A DNA stretch of 64,000 nucleotides from a virus: the IMG/VR virus record IMGVR_UViG_3300048837_000549, positions 1-64,000 of that record; one strand, written 5' to 3'. Below the pieces are notes generated by a model that saw nothing but the letters and a program-made list of their open reading frames with translations, searched no databases and had not been told where the DNA came from. A program made the translations under genes and the position numbers. Positions 40,401 to 48,910 of the stretch are shown here, one piece after another (the stretch's first letter is position 1; every line of letters begins with the position of its first letter).

Positions 40401-41171
40401 AGACTACCTAGTAAACAATTGAAAAAAGGTGAATCATTTCTAGTATACATAAATAATCTTAAGGAGATATCTAAAGATGTCGTTAAAACGATTCAAGCTT
40501 CTCTCCCTGATCCAAAAGTTGTTGAAGTACCTAAAACAGAACAAGAATTAAAGGATACATCGTTTGAAATAAATTTAAAATACAATACTCAGAAACATGG
40601 TAATGTAGGACTTAAGATTATTAAAGAATGGGATTATGTAACATCTCAAGAGCAATTAGATGCTATTCAAGAATTTCTAGGAGCTAGACCAGAATCAGAA
40701 GTAGCTGTTCCTGCTTTCCATAGCTGTGGTACCTTGGCGGCTAACATGATATTAAGATATTGGTTTTCACTAAGTAGTAAAGTAGAGAAGGTCGCTAAAG
40801 GGTTAGGAGCTGGTATTTATTTTGCTCCTGTTATAGAAAAATCTCTACAATATCTAGGAGACACAGGAATGAGTAGGTCACACGGAACAAGAGGATATGT
40901 ATTAGACTGTACTCTATATCTAGGTAACCATGCTGGTAGGGGGGATGATGGAGATTATAGAGATGCAGCAGGAACTGGTTGGGTGAGTGCAGAATATGTG
41001 ATAAGAGATCCATGGAAGCAATGTAAAATAAACAAAGTATATTACGCAGAAATAGCACCAATAAGAGAATTTAAAAATGAATTAAAAGCTCGAGGATACG
41101 ATGAAGACCATATAACTGGAGTTGATAGGTTTTTAACATCAAAAGAAAAAGGAACTAAATATGACAAATAA
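37434..41171 (+). CDS. large protein with a C-terminal ADP-ribosyltransferase-like domain
   Basis: PAFHSC...GLGAGIYFAP...SLQY...SAEYVI matches the H-Y-E (PARP-like) ART catalytic pattern. Confidence 0.7.
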   Translation: MKYNESFFDLTNSIDRQTFISDKEKIIDYFHLYWLSFLIFKKHFPNSPKLSKFMKTMSKTQIKNIDDGNDLASITKYANDLGLLSGTSVNALTKFLFLMKTSKDLQIDESLVRKWFVSSSNIHLPENTFLKQARKDFVAGATLLDIYPLVLKYFKAKKSELQITQIYHFLTYSAFTVNILQAKGVIANTPSPAVVSQVATDARTDSVVPVQTTTQSVVSNKIDISKIEAYIDEIKIKGMKEDKELLDDRNYVISTVLYSGSEGWLGRLDPNLSLENINALKPYIFDEYLELIKLPLKSLESRINLQAFLNFMFAFLIKSKELATIDKKISLFKPIIKNEKFYLKLDVEDFNYLFTTQSTCGDLIFNFLVKEKEVLIALLEAGSSLTDNTTLIVKNYGSETPDDFIEKLDARFKMFSTSKSSILINKLIDKYDSIEIVALLQTVIKKKQRYSPRYSKSTRRLNLDLIFYILFQYYENKKISFGDVVRLIVTEGAYKDRVTAYIRWKYKELFDISKLSDEEIIQSYLDLGDKDLNEVHKELVSIKREHLFLPYILQDSYAYRILSYPFEESSRYNFGIDAFKANKNYKELIRTYVTNAKNLKDLEYMLKQSEDKDFFSFLLDCFPDENSKIKFFTSLVEINLSLTSMYLYKIYFNLPTKQIFDIWVDINNGRIGSKRLTTSYISSVRNKEDDLYKKEFYTLLFDYMCLNNFTSFDSDYAVQGNIKNYVMENNESLKKLRLEWLQKYKDSTNPDIRNSTKITWIFNEKYLEVNKDTLWDSFGIGVFSYFKASFTLTIFLKYLLDEKKYSDVIDNIDFFFRNFATIKIFQLLFFEYPDFFNSYFDIILDSIEKNSKREITNILDDTLEEIIKSDKKELIPTLLKILNKDVWLKSLIAEITDAKLYLESISLSFLALLEKYQIKEIDSLLLRIQEEDEKVFKKMVYIMKRSFLSESVYSDLLFSENNPLPLEDIAFTRQNIKNFLKVNDENLQLRLPSKQLKKGESFLVYINNLKEISKDVVKTIQASLPDPKVVEVPKTEQELKDTSFEINLKYNTQKHGNVGLKIIKEWDYVTSQEQLDAIQEFLGARPESEVAVPAFHSCGTLAANMILRYWFSLSSKVEKVAKGLGAGIYFAPVIEKSLQYLGDTGMSRSHGTRGYVLDCTLYLGNHAGRGDDGDYRDAAGTGWVSAEYVIRDPWKQCKINKVYYAEIAPIREFKNELKARGYDEDHITGVDRFLTSKEKGTKYDK

Positions 41172-41484
41172 TGATTTTATATGGGATGTTATAACATACA
41201 CATTTCAAGAGGAAGAACTTATACCTTTAGGTAAAAGTAAAGAAGGTGAAAATCTATACGGTGATCTAGATCTACTTACAATTCTTATAAACTCAGGAGG
41301 ACACGGTGATCTTATTGCTGTAAGTGAAACGCAACAAGGTTTATCAATCTATATCAGAAATACCATTGGATTGAATGATAATATTTCTATTCTAGATACA
41401 AAAGAATGGCAGAGAGACGATCCTGCTGGACAATATTCTCAATTTAAAACATTATTTGTAAATGTTTTAATGAGTGATGTTTGA
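41161..41484 (+). CDS. hypothetical protein overlapping the ART stop
   Basis: AGGA RBS; 11-nt overlap. Confidence 0.5.
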   Translation: MTNNDFIWDVITYTFQEEELIPLGKSKEGENLYGDLDLLTILINSGGHGDLIAVSETQQGLSIYIRNTIGLNDNISILDTKEWQRDDPAGQYSQFKTLFVNVLMSDV

Positions 41485-41515
41485 TATTTCTAGAAATAAA
41501 TTATACTAATAATAT

Positions 41516-41806
41516 ATGGTGATTATGCAAAGATATATTTCACATTTTAAAGAAGATTTTAATTTAGATAATTTAATTGAACAATATAAATTAAAGGAAT
41601 CTGGAAATAATATTGCAGCAACTTCAATGGAGTCTTTTTATAATATGGTTAACATGTATAAAGAACTAGAAAGAACTCATGAAAGTAAAAATAAAAGAAA
41701 GTTACTTAAAACACTCAAAAGATTGCTCACTGATTTTGTTACAATGGATTCATTATTAGCAAAAGAGTTTAACTATAAAGGAATAGCAGGTACACACTAC
41801 AGATGA
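41516..41806 (+). CDS. tagged protein (probable start at 41525, MQRYISHFKED)
   Basis: GGTGA RBS before MQRY; late motif at 41504. Confidence 0.55.
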   Translation: MVIMQRYISHFKEDFNLDNLIEQYKLKESGNNIAATSMESFYNMVNMYKELERTHESKNKRKLLKTLKRLLTDFVTMDSLLAKEFNYKGIAGTHYR

Positions 41807-42594
41807 AAAGATATAAACCATTTAAAGAAGACGAAATTGAAGGCGGATTAGCAGATAACCTTGATTGTCAACAAATAGCAGATAAACACAATGTATCTAT
41901 AGACGATATAATGTCTCAATTAGATAAAGGGGTCAAAGTAGAAATGGAGCATACAGATGATGAAGAATTAGCAAAAGAAATAGCTAAAGATCATCTTACT
42001 GAATATCCTTATTATTACGACGAATTAGACAAAATGGAAAAGAAATTTGAAAATAAAAGAGGAATAAAACGAATGAAAAGATACGAACCAAAATTCAAAG
42101 TAAAAGAAGCAGATGATAATGAAGCTAAAACATTAGAAGCAGTAAAAGCACTTATAGATATGAAAGATATAAGTAATGAAGATGAACAAGGTAAATTTAT
42201 TGAGCTATTAAAAGGAATAGTATTTGCAGACAACAAACATGGTGACGAATTCCTTTCTAAGATTAATGATTTTACATCTGGATTAAAGATAGAAGATTTT
42301 AAGGAGAGCTGTAAAAAGAAACCTAAGAAGAAGGATATGAAAGAAGCGCATGTAACAATTATGAGTTTAAATGATGGAGCGCAGGCTATATCGCAAGTTA
42401 TTCAGCAGATTGTAGATTCTTATACAGATTTGGATAATATAAAATTTATAAAAGCTCTTGGATTTGGAATAACAACCGGTATTCAAGAATGTCTAAATGG
42501 ACCAGATTATGAAGATTTAGATCTACAACAAAAAGATAAATTAAAAAATAAAATATATACTCTTTTATTTAGAGATATTAAATCAAGGTTCTAA
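41803..42594 (+). CDS. doubly tagged multi-module protein with a DUF5661-like N-terminal domain
   Basis: MKRYKPFKED; GVKVEMEHT...AKEIAKDHL.E.P.YY..L..ME; second MKRYEPKF at 42073. Confidence 0.65.
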   Translation: MKRYKPFKEDEIEGGLADNLDCQQIADKHNVSIDDIMSQLDKGVKVEMEHTDDEELAKEIAKDHLTEYPYYYDELDKMEKKFENKRGIKRMKRYEPKFKVKEADDNEAKTLEAVKALIDMKDISNEDEQGKFIELLKGIVFADNKHGDEFLSKINDFTSGLKIEDFKESCKKKPKKKDMKEAHVTIMSLNDGAQAISQVIQQIVDSYTDLDNIKFIKALGFGITTGIQECLNGPDYEDLDLQQKDKLKNKIYTLLFRDIKSRF

Positions 42595-42600
42595 ATATCT

Positions 42601-42960
42601 ATGAACAAATATATGAGATTATCAGATGATATAGATAATGATGGTATTAGTGAAGAAGATAAGCTAAAAGCAGAACAAGCTAAAGCTGATGAAATTGAAG
42701 CTAATGACCTGATAGAGCAACTTCAAACTCAAACATTTAGAAATAGAGAAATGAGAATTGAATTTGCTAAAATCATTCTACAACTTGCATCTAACAATAA
42801 TCCAAGAGCAAAGAAACTGGTATATAAAATGTCAGAGTTTGCTAAGTACTGGGAAAATGATGAAATGATAGATGAAGAAGAATGGAGAAAACTAAATAAC
42901 ACTCAAGATATGATTGAGAGTGTTCAGATTAAAAAATATAAAAGTAAATTTAGTTACTAA
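42601..42960 (+). CDS. hypothetical head-region protein
   Basis: MNKYMRL; ends KKYKSKFSY. Confidence 0.5.
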   Translation: MNKYMRLSDDIDNDGISEEDKLKAEQAKADEIEANDLIEQLQTQTFRNREMRIEFAKIILQLASNNNPRAKKLVYKMSEFAKYWENDEMIDEEEWRKLNNTQDMIESVQIKKYKSKFSY

Positions 42961-42984
42961 TAGTATATTGAGGTTGTTATAAAT

Positions 42985-43181
42985 ATGAAAAGATACAGGA
43001 GATATGAAGAATCAGTGTTTAAATTTAAACTTTCTGATTTCGGTATTAAAGATTTAGTTGAATTAACACATTTTATTGATGATTTAAAAAAAATAATATA
43101 AAATGGGATCAGTTAAAACCAGGCACATTTTTATTTTCTAATGAAAATGATTTTAATAAAGCAAAAGATTTGCTAAAATAA
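42985..43181 (+). CDS. MKRY-tagged small protein, frameshifted at an A8 run
   Basis: GAGGT RBS, MKRYRRYEES; stop at 43099-43101, but the -1 frame stays open to 43181. Confidence 0.5.
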
Positions 43182-43193
43182 GAGGTAATTAAA

Positions 43194-43532
43194 ATGAAAA
43201 GATATAAAAGAAAATTTGAAGAAGCCTTTCCTCCTAATAATGTTTCTTGGAATGTATATGTAATATTTTCTAAACTTCCTAATTTACTAAAAGATTTAAC
43301 TTCTGAAATAGGTAATATGTCTTCAGTATTTTTTGAAAGTGATGCCAAAGGTGCTAGAGGAAAAGCTACTATGGAAGAAGATTATAAAGGGAAACTAATT
43401 GTATTTAACTCTGCTAAAAATAAATATTTAGAAGTTTTAATAGATACTAAAAATCCCTCAAGTACTAAATGGATCAGGTCAGTATCAGGAGATTCATTAA
43501 AAAATATAGCATTAGAGTTAAACACAAAATAA
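43194..43532 (+). CDS. MKRY-tagged protein
   Basis: MKRYKRKFEEA; GAGGT RBS. Confidence 0.6.
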   Translation: MKRYKRKFEEAFPPNNVSWNVYVIFSKLPNLLKDLTSEIGNMSSVFFESDAKGARGKATMEEDYKGKLIVFNSAKNKYLEVLIDTKNPSSTKWIRSVSGDSLKNIALELNTK

Positions 43533-43544
43533 AGGGTAATTTAA

Positions 43545-45527
43545 ATGAATAAAAAGATTTCATTAGAAGAAAGAGCAAAACAAAAAGGAAAGACACTTCT
43601 TATTGAAAGTATTTCTTATTTGCCTAATATAGAAGATGTTAAAGTAGAAACTAAACTTATTGAAGCTATAACTGGTAAGCAACATGAATGTAGAGGTGTT
43701 CTTAAAAATGTTCCTGTTACTAGATTTACCGAGAATGCTAATGGAAGAATTTATCCTAAAGAGTTATGGGCTGAAGTAGAAAAAAGAAAAACTTTTGAGG
43801 GAGCGGATTGTCTAGCAGATCACGCTGCTGAGGGAGATGGTAGCGTTCTTGATACGGTGGGTATTTGGAAAAACTTCAAAGTCGGTGAAGATATCGCCAC
43901 CGCTGATTTATATTGTATAGGTGCTGCTGGAAATCTTTTGTTAGAGAAAGCCAGAGCCGGTGGAAAAGTTGGTTTCTCAACTGTAGCTTTCGGTACATTG
44001 AGTGAATCCGATAACAAAACTGTTATGACAGAAGATTTCGAGTTTGAAAATTGCGACTGGGTCCGCAAGCCAAGTCAGAATGTATTTGCTACACAAGAAA
44101 ATCTAGAAGAATCTATTAAAGAAAGTGTAGAAATAAAAAAAGAAAATAAAATTATAGAAAATAATTTTACTAATAATTATAAAGAAGAAAAAACGGTAGA
44201 GGTAAAACAGATGGATAAATTTTCAGAATCAACATTTAAAAATCTTATACGTGCTACCATTAAGGAAGCGAATGCTAATGAAAACTACGTTGAGGCTATA
44301 GAAGAGCTTAAAGAAGTTTCTAAGACAATTCCTTCTGAAATGGTTGAACAAATTGCACAAGTAGACACAGCAATTACACAGATTCAAAGTAAACTACATG
44401 AGCAAAAAGAACAAGCACAAAAAGAGCTAAAGGAATCAAAAGAAACTCTTGAAAGCATGACTAAAAAGTATGAAGCCTCATGTAATACTATAAAAGTTTT
44501 AAAAGAGAATCTAGAAAAAGCTTCAAAAATTGTTGAAAAAGTAAATGATAAAGATACTGTAAAAACAATTAAACTTATGTCAGAAGACCTTGATCAATTT
44601 GAATCTGATAGAAAGCTAATGGAATCAGACATTAAAAAATTTATTGAATCTATTGAAGCTCTTAAAGAAGATGTTAAGCTTATGTCTGAAGATATTAAAT
44701 GTTTTGAAGAAGACACAATACTTAGAGATAAAGATATTGCAAGGTTCAAAGAAGAACGAGGTAAAATGAAAAATAAAAATAGTAAACTCTCAAAACAACT
44801 TAAAGTAGCAGAACGCCATATTAAAAGACTTGAGAAAACCTTGAAAGAAGAATTTGATTATGAATTTGATGATGAAATTGTAGATGACGAGTTTGTAGAT
44901 GACACTATGATTATAGATGATGAGTTTGTAGACGAATCTGATATTGATGATGTATTTGCGGATGAAGATGACTTCTACATGGAATCAGAAGATGAAGACG
45001 AAGAAGATGAAATGGAAGAAGATTCCGATGACGCTGATGAAATTTCAGATGGTGCTCTTGAAGAATCTGACGATGAAGATGAAGACGAAGAAGATGAAGA
45101 CGAATTAGAAGAGTCTGATGACGATGATGAAGACGAAGAAGATGAAGAACTTGAAGAAGAAGAAGACGACGAAGAAGAGTCTGACGACGACAAAATGGCT
45201 GCTGTAAGAGATGCTAAAAAAGAAGCTCTTAGACGTAAGAAAAGACTTCAGGTTAAAAAATTAGAAGCTAAAAAAGCATCTAAGAAAAAATCAGTTAAAG
45301 AGTCTAAAGCACCAGTAAAGGAAGTTGTTGAATATTACAAAGCAATTTCTAAAACTAAACCAGCTATTAGAGATATTAAAGAAGCAGTTCTTAAATCAAG
45401 ATCACTTCTAGAAGCTGTTAAGAAAGTATCTATGTTTGAGCATAAGTTTGGTAATGATGTTCACAAACTAAAAGAATCAGCTCAGAGTAATAAACAAGAG
45501 TTTACAAAATATAAGTTCACTGTTTAA
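43545..45527 (+). CDS. prohead protease (T4 gp21-like) fused to a scaffold/core protein
   Basis: NANGRIYP, ADH, GFSTVAFG, DWVRKPS protease motifs; long coiled coil and acidic tract; directly upstream of the capsid gene. Confidence 0.82.
   Translation: MNKKISLEERAKQKGKTLLIESISYLPNIEDVKVETKLIEAITGKQHECRGVLKNVPVTRFTENANGRIYPKELWAEVEKRKTFEGADCLADHAAEGDGSVLDTVGIWKNFKVGEDIATADLYCIGAAGNLLLEKARAGGKVGFSTVAFGTLSESDNKTVMTEDFEFENCDWVRKPSQNVFATQENLEESIKESVEIKKENKIIENNFTNNYKEEKTVEVKQMDKFSESTFKNLIRATIKEANANENYVEAIEELKEVSKTIPSEMVEQIAQVDTAITQIQSKLHEQKEQAQKELKESKETLESMTKKYEASCNTIKVLKENLEKASKIVEKVNDKDTVKTIKLMSEDLDQFESDRKLMESDIKKFIESIEALKEDVKLMSEDIKCFEEDTILRDKDIARFKEERGKMKNKNSKLSKQLKVAERHIKRLEKTLKEEFDYEFDDEIVDDEFVDDTMIIDDEFVDESDIDDVFADEDDFYMESEDEDEEDEMEEDSDDADEISDGALEESDDEDEDEEDEDELEESDDDDEDEEDEELEEEEDDEEESDDDKMAAVRDAKKEALRRKKRLQVKKLEAKKASKKKSVKESKAPVKEVVEYYKAISKTKPAIRDIKEAVLKSRSLLEAVKKVSMFEHKFGNDVHKLKESAQSNKQEFTKYKFTV
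44211..45527 (+). CDS. nested in-frame scaffold protein (internal start)
   Basis: TACTAATAAT at 44168, GAGGT RBS, in-frame ATG at 44211 (MDKFSES). Confidence 0.6.
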   Translation: MDKFSESTFKNLIRATIKEANANENYVEAIEELKEVSKTIPSEMVEQIAQVDTAITQIQSKLHEQKEQAQKELKESKETLESMTKKYEASCNTIKVLKENLEKASKIVEKVNDKDTVKTIKLMSEDLDQFESDRKLMESDIKKFIESIEALKEDVKLMSEDIKCFEEDTILRDKDIARFKEERGKMKNKNSKLSKQLKVAERHIKRLEKTLKEEFDYEFDDEIVDDEFVDDTMIIDDEFVDESDIDDVFADEDDFYMESEDEDEEDEMEEDSDDADEISDGALEESDDEDEDEEDEDELEESDDDDEDEEDEELEEEEDDEEESDDDKMAAVRDAKKEALRRKKRLQVKKLEAKKASKKKSVKESKAPVKEVVEYYKAISKTKPAIRDIKEAVLKSRSLLEAVKKVSMFEHKFGNDVHKLKESAQSNKQEFTKYKFTV

Positions 45528-45540
45528 TTAGCTTAGTAAA

Positions 45541-45567
45541 TCTCCTCTAGAAATGGAGGGGGTTTTA
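45541..45567 (+). terminator. intrinsic terminator
   Basis: CTCCTCTA-GAAA-TGGAGGGG followed by TTTT. Confidence 0.65.
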
Positions 45568-45578
45568 AAAAGTATTCT

Positions 45579-45632
45579 TACTAATAATAAATGTAAGAAT
45601 ATTTTTTAAAATTATTTTTACTAATAATAAAA
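45579..45632 (+). promoter_or_regulatory. tandem late-promoter motifs for the capsid gene
   Basis: TACTAATAATAAA at 45579 and 45619, 40 nt apart. Confidence 0.7.
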
Positions 45633-45815
45633 TGAAACAAATAGGAAAGTATAGAGACTTGATTCATAAAGTAAGAAAGTGAGCTACAAGAAGCCAACCA
45701 AATTATCCATTAGGGTTTGAAAAAATAGACATTATTATATAGACTTAAAAAACTTTATAAAGATTTTTCAGTATAGATTCAAAAAATTAAATTTACAAAA
45801 AGGTGTAAATACAAT

Positions 45816-47264
45816 ATGAAACACGGAAGACAAAAAATGAGCGAGTCTCAAATGAAAGAGATAGTTCAACAAGAATGGGCATCTAAATCTAGAATCGGAG
45901 AAGCATGTGTAGCAAAATGGTCTAAGATGGATTTAGTTGGAAAAGAAATGCTTGAAAAATACGCTGAGAATCCTGCTAAGATTCGTAAAGCAGCTATTAT
46001 GCTTGAAAATCAAGAAAAAGTTCTAAAACAGATTATGAAAGAGAATCTTTATTCTACTACTTTTGGAACATCTGTAAAACCTGAGCATATGCTTAAAGCA
46101 ATATTCCTTGGAGCTGCTAACTCAAAGAGGGGAGATATATTCACAGAATATCCACTTACTTCTACTGATGACGCATTATTCTACATTCAATCAGTTTATG
46201 AGAGCACTGTTCGTGGAGCAACTGCAGGAGCTAGATCTTATGAGAGCATGTCTCCTTACTACTCTGGAGAACAATATTTTGGCTCAGTAGGAACAGGTAA
46301 CGGAGCACTTACAGCATTCGTTTCTGCGCCTATGGCTTATCTACCACTTATTCCTTTTAAGACTGTAATCACTTTAGGTGGAGCTCAAATAGCTGTTGAT
46401 AATGGTTCTGGAGTTCTTGTAGGTTCACTTCTTAATCCAGCACTTACTAACACAGTTAACTATGCTACAGGTGTTATTACTCTTAATTTTCTTGTAGCAC
46501 CTGCTAATTTAGCTCCTATTACTTGTGTATACAATTGGAACTCAGAAGATGCAACTAACTATACCAATTATGGTACTATGAGCCTTGAACTTGTGAAAGC
46601 TAGATTCAACGCACGTCCTATGCCTCTTGGATATAGAATTTCAGATATGACTCAGATTATGTTTGAGACAACTGGTCTTGGAGATGCTAAAGACTATATG
46701 GCACAAGCAGTTGGTCAAGAACATGCAAGAGCAAAAGATTATAGAGCGATTGCACAAGCAAGACGTGTAGCACTTGGAAACGCAGTAGCAACATTTGATA
46801 CAGACTTCGCAGCAGCTGGTGAAATCAGTTATAAGTCACACGCTCAAAGAGTACTTACAGAGATTGAAAGAGTTGGAGCAGTTATATATGACGATCTAAA
46901 GAGAGGTGGTATTACTGATATCGTTGCAGGAGCAAAAGCAACCGCATATCTTAAAAATCATGATCTTTGGAAAGACGTTTCAGGAGATGCTAAGAATGGA
47001 GTTTATCAAGCTGGTACACTTTCAGACATGAAAGTATTTACTTGTCCAGCAGATGCAGCTCTTGTAGCAACTAACGAAATGCTTCTTGTATATAAGAACC
47101 CACAAGAGTCCATGGATGTAAGTATATTATTCGGAACTCTTGCAGAAATCGACGCTAGTTTAAGATATCCAAATTTTGTAACTGAGGGAAATTCCTGTGT
47201 AATTGAGGACAGCCGTGTCGTGAACGGAAAATTCATTCGGTTAATGCAACTACAGTCTCTTTAA
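45816..47264 (+). CDS. major capsid protein (T4 gp23-like)
   Basis: KW......A.MLENQ N-terminus, DIFTEYPL...ALFY, ARPMPL, AGTL....VF..P; strong codon bias; position after the protease. Confidence 0.85.
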   Translation: MKHGRQKMSESQMKEIVQQEWASKSRIGEACVAKWSKMDLVGKEMLEKYAENPAKIRKAAIMLENQEKVLKQIMKENLYSTTFGTSVKPEHMLKAIFLGAANSKRGDIFTEYPLTSTDDALFYIQSVYESTVRGATAGARSYESMSPYYSGEQYFGSVGTGNGALTAFVSAPMAYLPLIPFKTVITLGGAQIAVDNGSGVLVGSLLNPALTNTVNYATGVITLNFLVAPANLAPITCVYNWNSEDATNYTNYGTMSLELVKARFNARPMPLGYRISDMTQIMFETTGLGDAKDYMAQAVGQEHARAKDYRAIAQARRVALGNAVATFDTDFAAAGEISYKSHAQRVLTEIERVGAVIYDDLKRGGITDIVAGAKATAYLKNHDLWKDVSGDAKNGVYQAGTLSDMKVFTCPADAALVATNEMLLVYKNPQESMDVSILFGTLAEIDASLRYPNFVTEGNSCVIEDSRVVNGKFIRLMQLQSL

Positions 47265-47284
47265 TATTTAAGTAGATTAAATTT

Positions 47285-47320
47285 AAAAGCCCTATAAAAT
47301 TTTATAGGGCTTTTTATTTT
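47285..47320. terminator. bidirectional intrinsic terminator
   Basis: AAAAGCCCTATAAAATTTTATAGGGCTTTTT between convergent genes. Confidence 0.8.
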
Positions 47321-47903
47321 GTATTTGTTTTGTTAAACAGTCATAATTTAACCTTGTTTTATACTCTGGGTTTTCAATTAATTTTGTAATATCGTCAAAC
47401 ATAATAATAAAATTATTATCATAATAACTTTCAGGTATTCTAAATAAATATAAATCAGGTTTTTTAATAAATATTTCTTTTTCCCTGAGTAAATCTGCTT
47501 CAATTTGTTTAGGAGAATTATGCCCATACTCATCAAATTCTATAGCAATTCTAATTTCGTTACTATTTTTAAAATAGAAGTCGAAAAATCTATATTTATT
47601 TTTTGATAGTCTAAGGTCACCGATATAGACACCCCTCTCCCTCTTTACATATTTTCTATTATCTCTATCATAAATACAAAACTCAAATTTATATTTATAG
47701 TTAAAATACTTATCAATTTCTATAAAGAGTGATGTGGCTTTATGCGAAATAGAATATATCCTACAATGACGTGACTTATTTTTTATATATGTTTTTTCCT
47801 TCTTAATCTCCTTCAATTTTTTATCTTCTATGGATAAATTTCTATTATGCTCATGCATACTATTTAAAGCTATCGGATTATAAGTTACTCCAAACTCTTT
47901 CAT
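47292..47903 (-). CDS. PD-(D/E)xK / DUF559-like endonuclease (possibly a free-standing homing type; true start may lie further upstream)
   Basis: FFDFYF...IAIEFDEYGH...D..RE...LFRI. Confidence 0.6.
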   Translation of the reverse strand: MKEFGVTYNPIALNSMHEHNRNLSIEDKKLKEIKKEKTYIKNKSRHCRIYSISHKATSLFIEIDKYFNYKYKFEFCIYDRDNRKYVKRERGVYIGDLRLSKNKYRFFDFYFKNSNEIRIAIEFDEYGHNSPKQIEADLLREKEIFIKKPDLYLFRIPESYYDNNFIIMFDDITKLIENPEYKTRLNYDCLTKQIQNKKPYKIL

Positions 47904-47955
47904 ACACCAAGCTTGATACTTTTTTAAAGTCTCAGCTTTTTCTTCATCGGTTCGA

Positions 47956-48189
47956 TTAGCATGCCCCTCGGAAACTTGTGAAAGATATTTTTAAAAGTTC
48001 TGTCTCCCAATCTATATCAAGAAATATTTTTTCATATTGATCTTGTCTACCATTACAATTTTCTTTATATATAAAATCAAGAAATTTTATTGCTTCTGGA
48101 ATTGTTCTCCCGTTTAAGTCATCAATAATATTTTCTATTAAAATTTCTCTTGTAGTTGGTCTTTCTTTCTCCGTTGTCATAATTAACAC
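47956..48189 (-). CDS. hypothetical early protein
   Basis: AGGAG RBS on the minus strand. Confidence 0.5.
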   Translation of the reverse strand: MLIMTTEKERPTTREILIENIIDDLNGRTIPEAIKFLDFIYKENCNGRQDQYEKIFLDIDWETELLKISFTSFRGAC

Positions 48190-48380
48190 TCCTTATTTAA
48201 ATTTCTATCTAAAAAACTGGCTATTCCTTCATTTCTTTTATATTCATCTAACATTTGTCTTACTGCTTCTAATCGGACGTGATCTTCTTTTTTCTGTTCT
48301 TGTTTAACTAAAGAACACTTAGCATCTGAACATAATAAGTTAAAACTATTTACGCATATATGATAATGTATACACTTCAT
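48183..48380 (-). CDS. hypothetical Cys-containing protein
   Basis: AGGAG RBS. Confidence 0.5.
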   Translation of the reverse strand: MKCIHYHICVNSFNLLCSDAKCSLVKQEQKKEDHVRLEAVRQMLDEYKRNEGIASFLDRNLNKEC

Positions 48381-48625
48381 TTCTCGTTAAACTCCTTTAG
48401 TTTCATATTAAAGTAATCTTCAAAGGTCATTTCAAGTCTTGCATAATGTTCAAGACCATCTGAAGCAATAATAATATCAGTCAGATATTTTTCTTTGAGC
48501 AGCTTAACTATTAAATAATCTTTTTTATTTTGGCTCATATCAAATAATGTTATCATTTTAATTTTCTCCTTATTTAAATCTTACTCATATATAATATAAA
48601 TAAGATTTAGATTTTTTAAAACTTT

Positions 48626-48910
48626 TTATTCAGTAATAATAGCGAATCTTGGAAGAAATGCGTATAAAAAATCTACAGTTCTTCTATCAAGATTGTTGTG
48701 TATACCTATAACATCGTGAAAGAAATTAAAATTATCAGCTTCAAATAACCTCTGTAGATCCAATCTTACGATGTTACAATGTACTAACTCAATGTCCATA
48801 GACAGAGAAACAAAGTCAGTTTTCTCAGCCAACATTTTATTTTCAAGTGCCCTATCTACTATCTGAGTAATCCAATCTGAATCTTCTTTTGTAGCGTTAA
48901 ATCTTAACAT
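48626..48910 (-). CDS. conserved phage protein (DUF6874-like)
   Basis: MDI...H....LDL..L..AD.FNF.HDV.GI..NLDR.T......FLPRFA. Confidence 0.65.
   Translation of the reverse strand: MLRFNATKEDSDWITQIVDRALENKMLAEKTDFVSLSMDIELVHCNIVRLDLQRLFEADNFNFFHDVIGIHNNLDRRTVDFLYAFLPRFAIITE

Noticed and set aside
44860-45190. Repetitive GAAGAT/GACGAA sequence as a possible CRISPR or tandem array
   Set aside because: Low-complexity codon repetition in an acidic protein; no repeat-spacer structure. I saw no CRISPR array in the window.
44975-45193. Poly-Ser ORF on the minus strand
   Set aside because: Antisense shadow of the GAA/GAT acidic tract in the scaffold gene.
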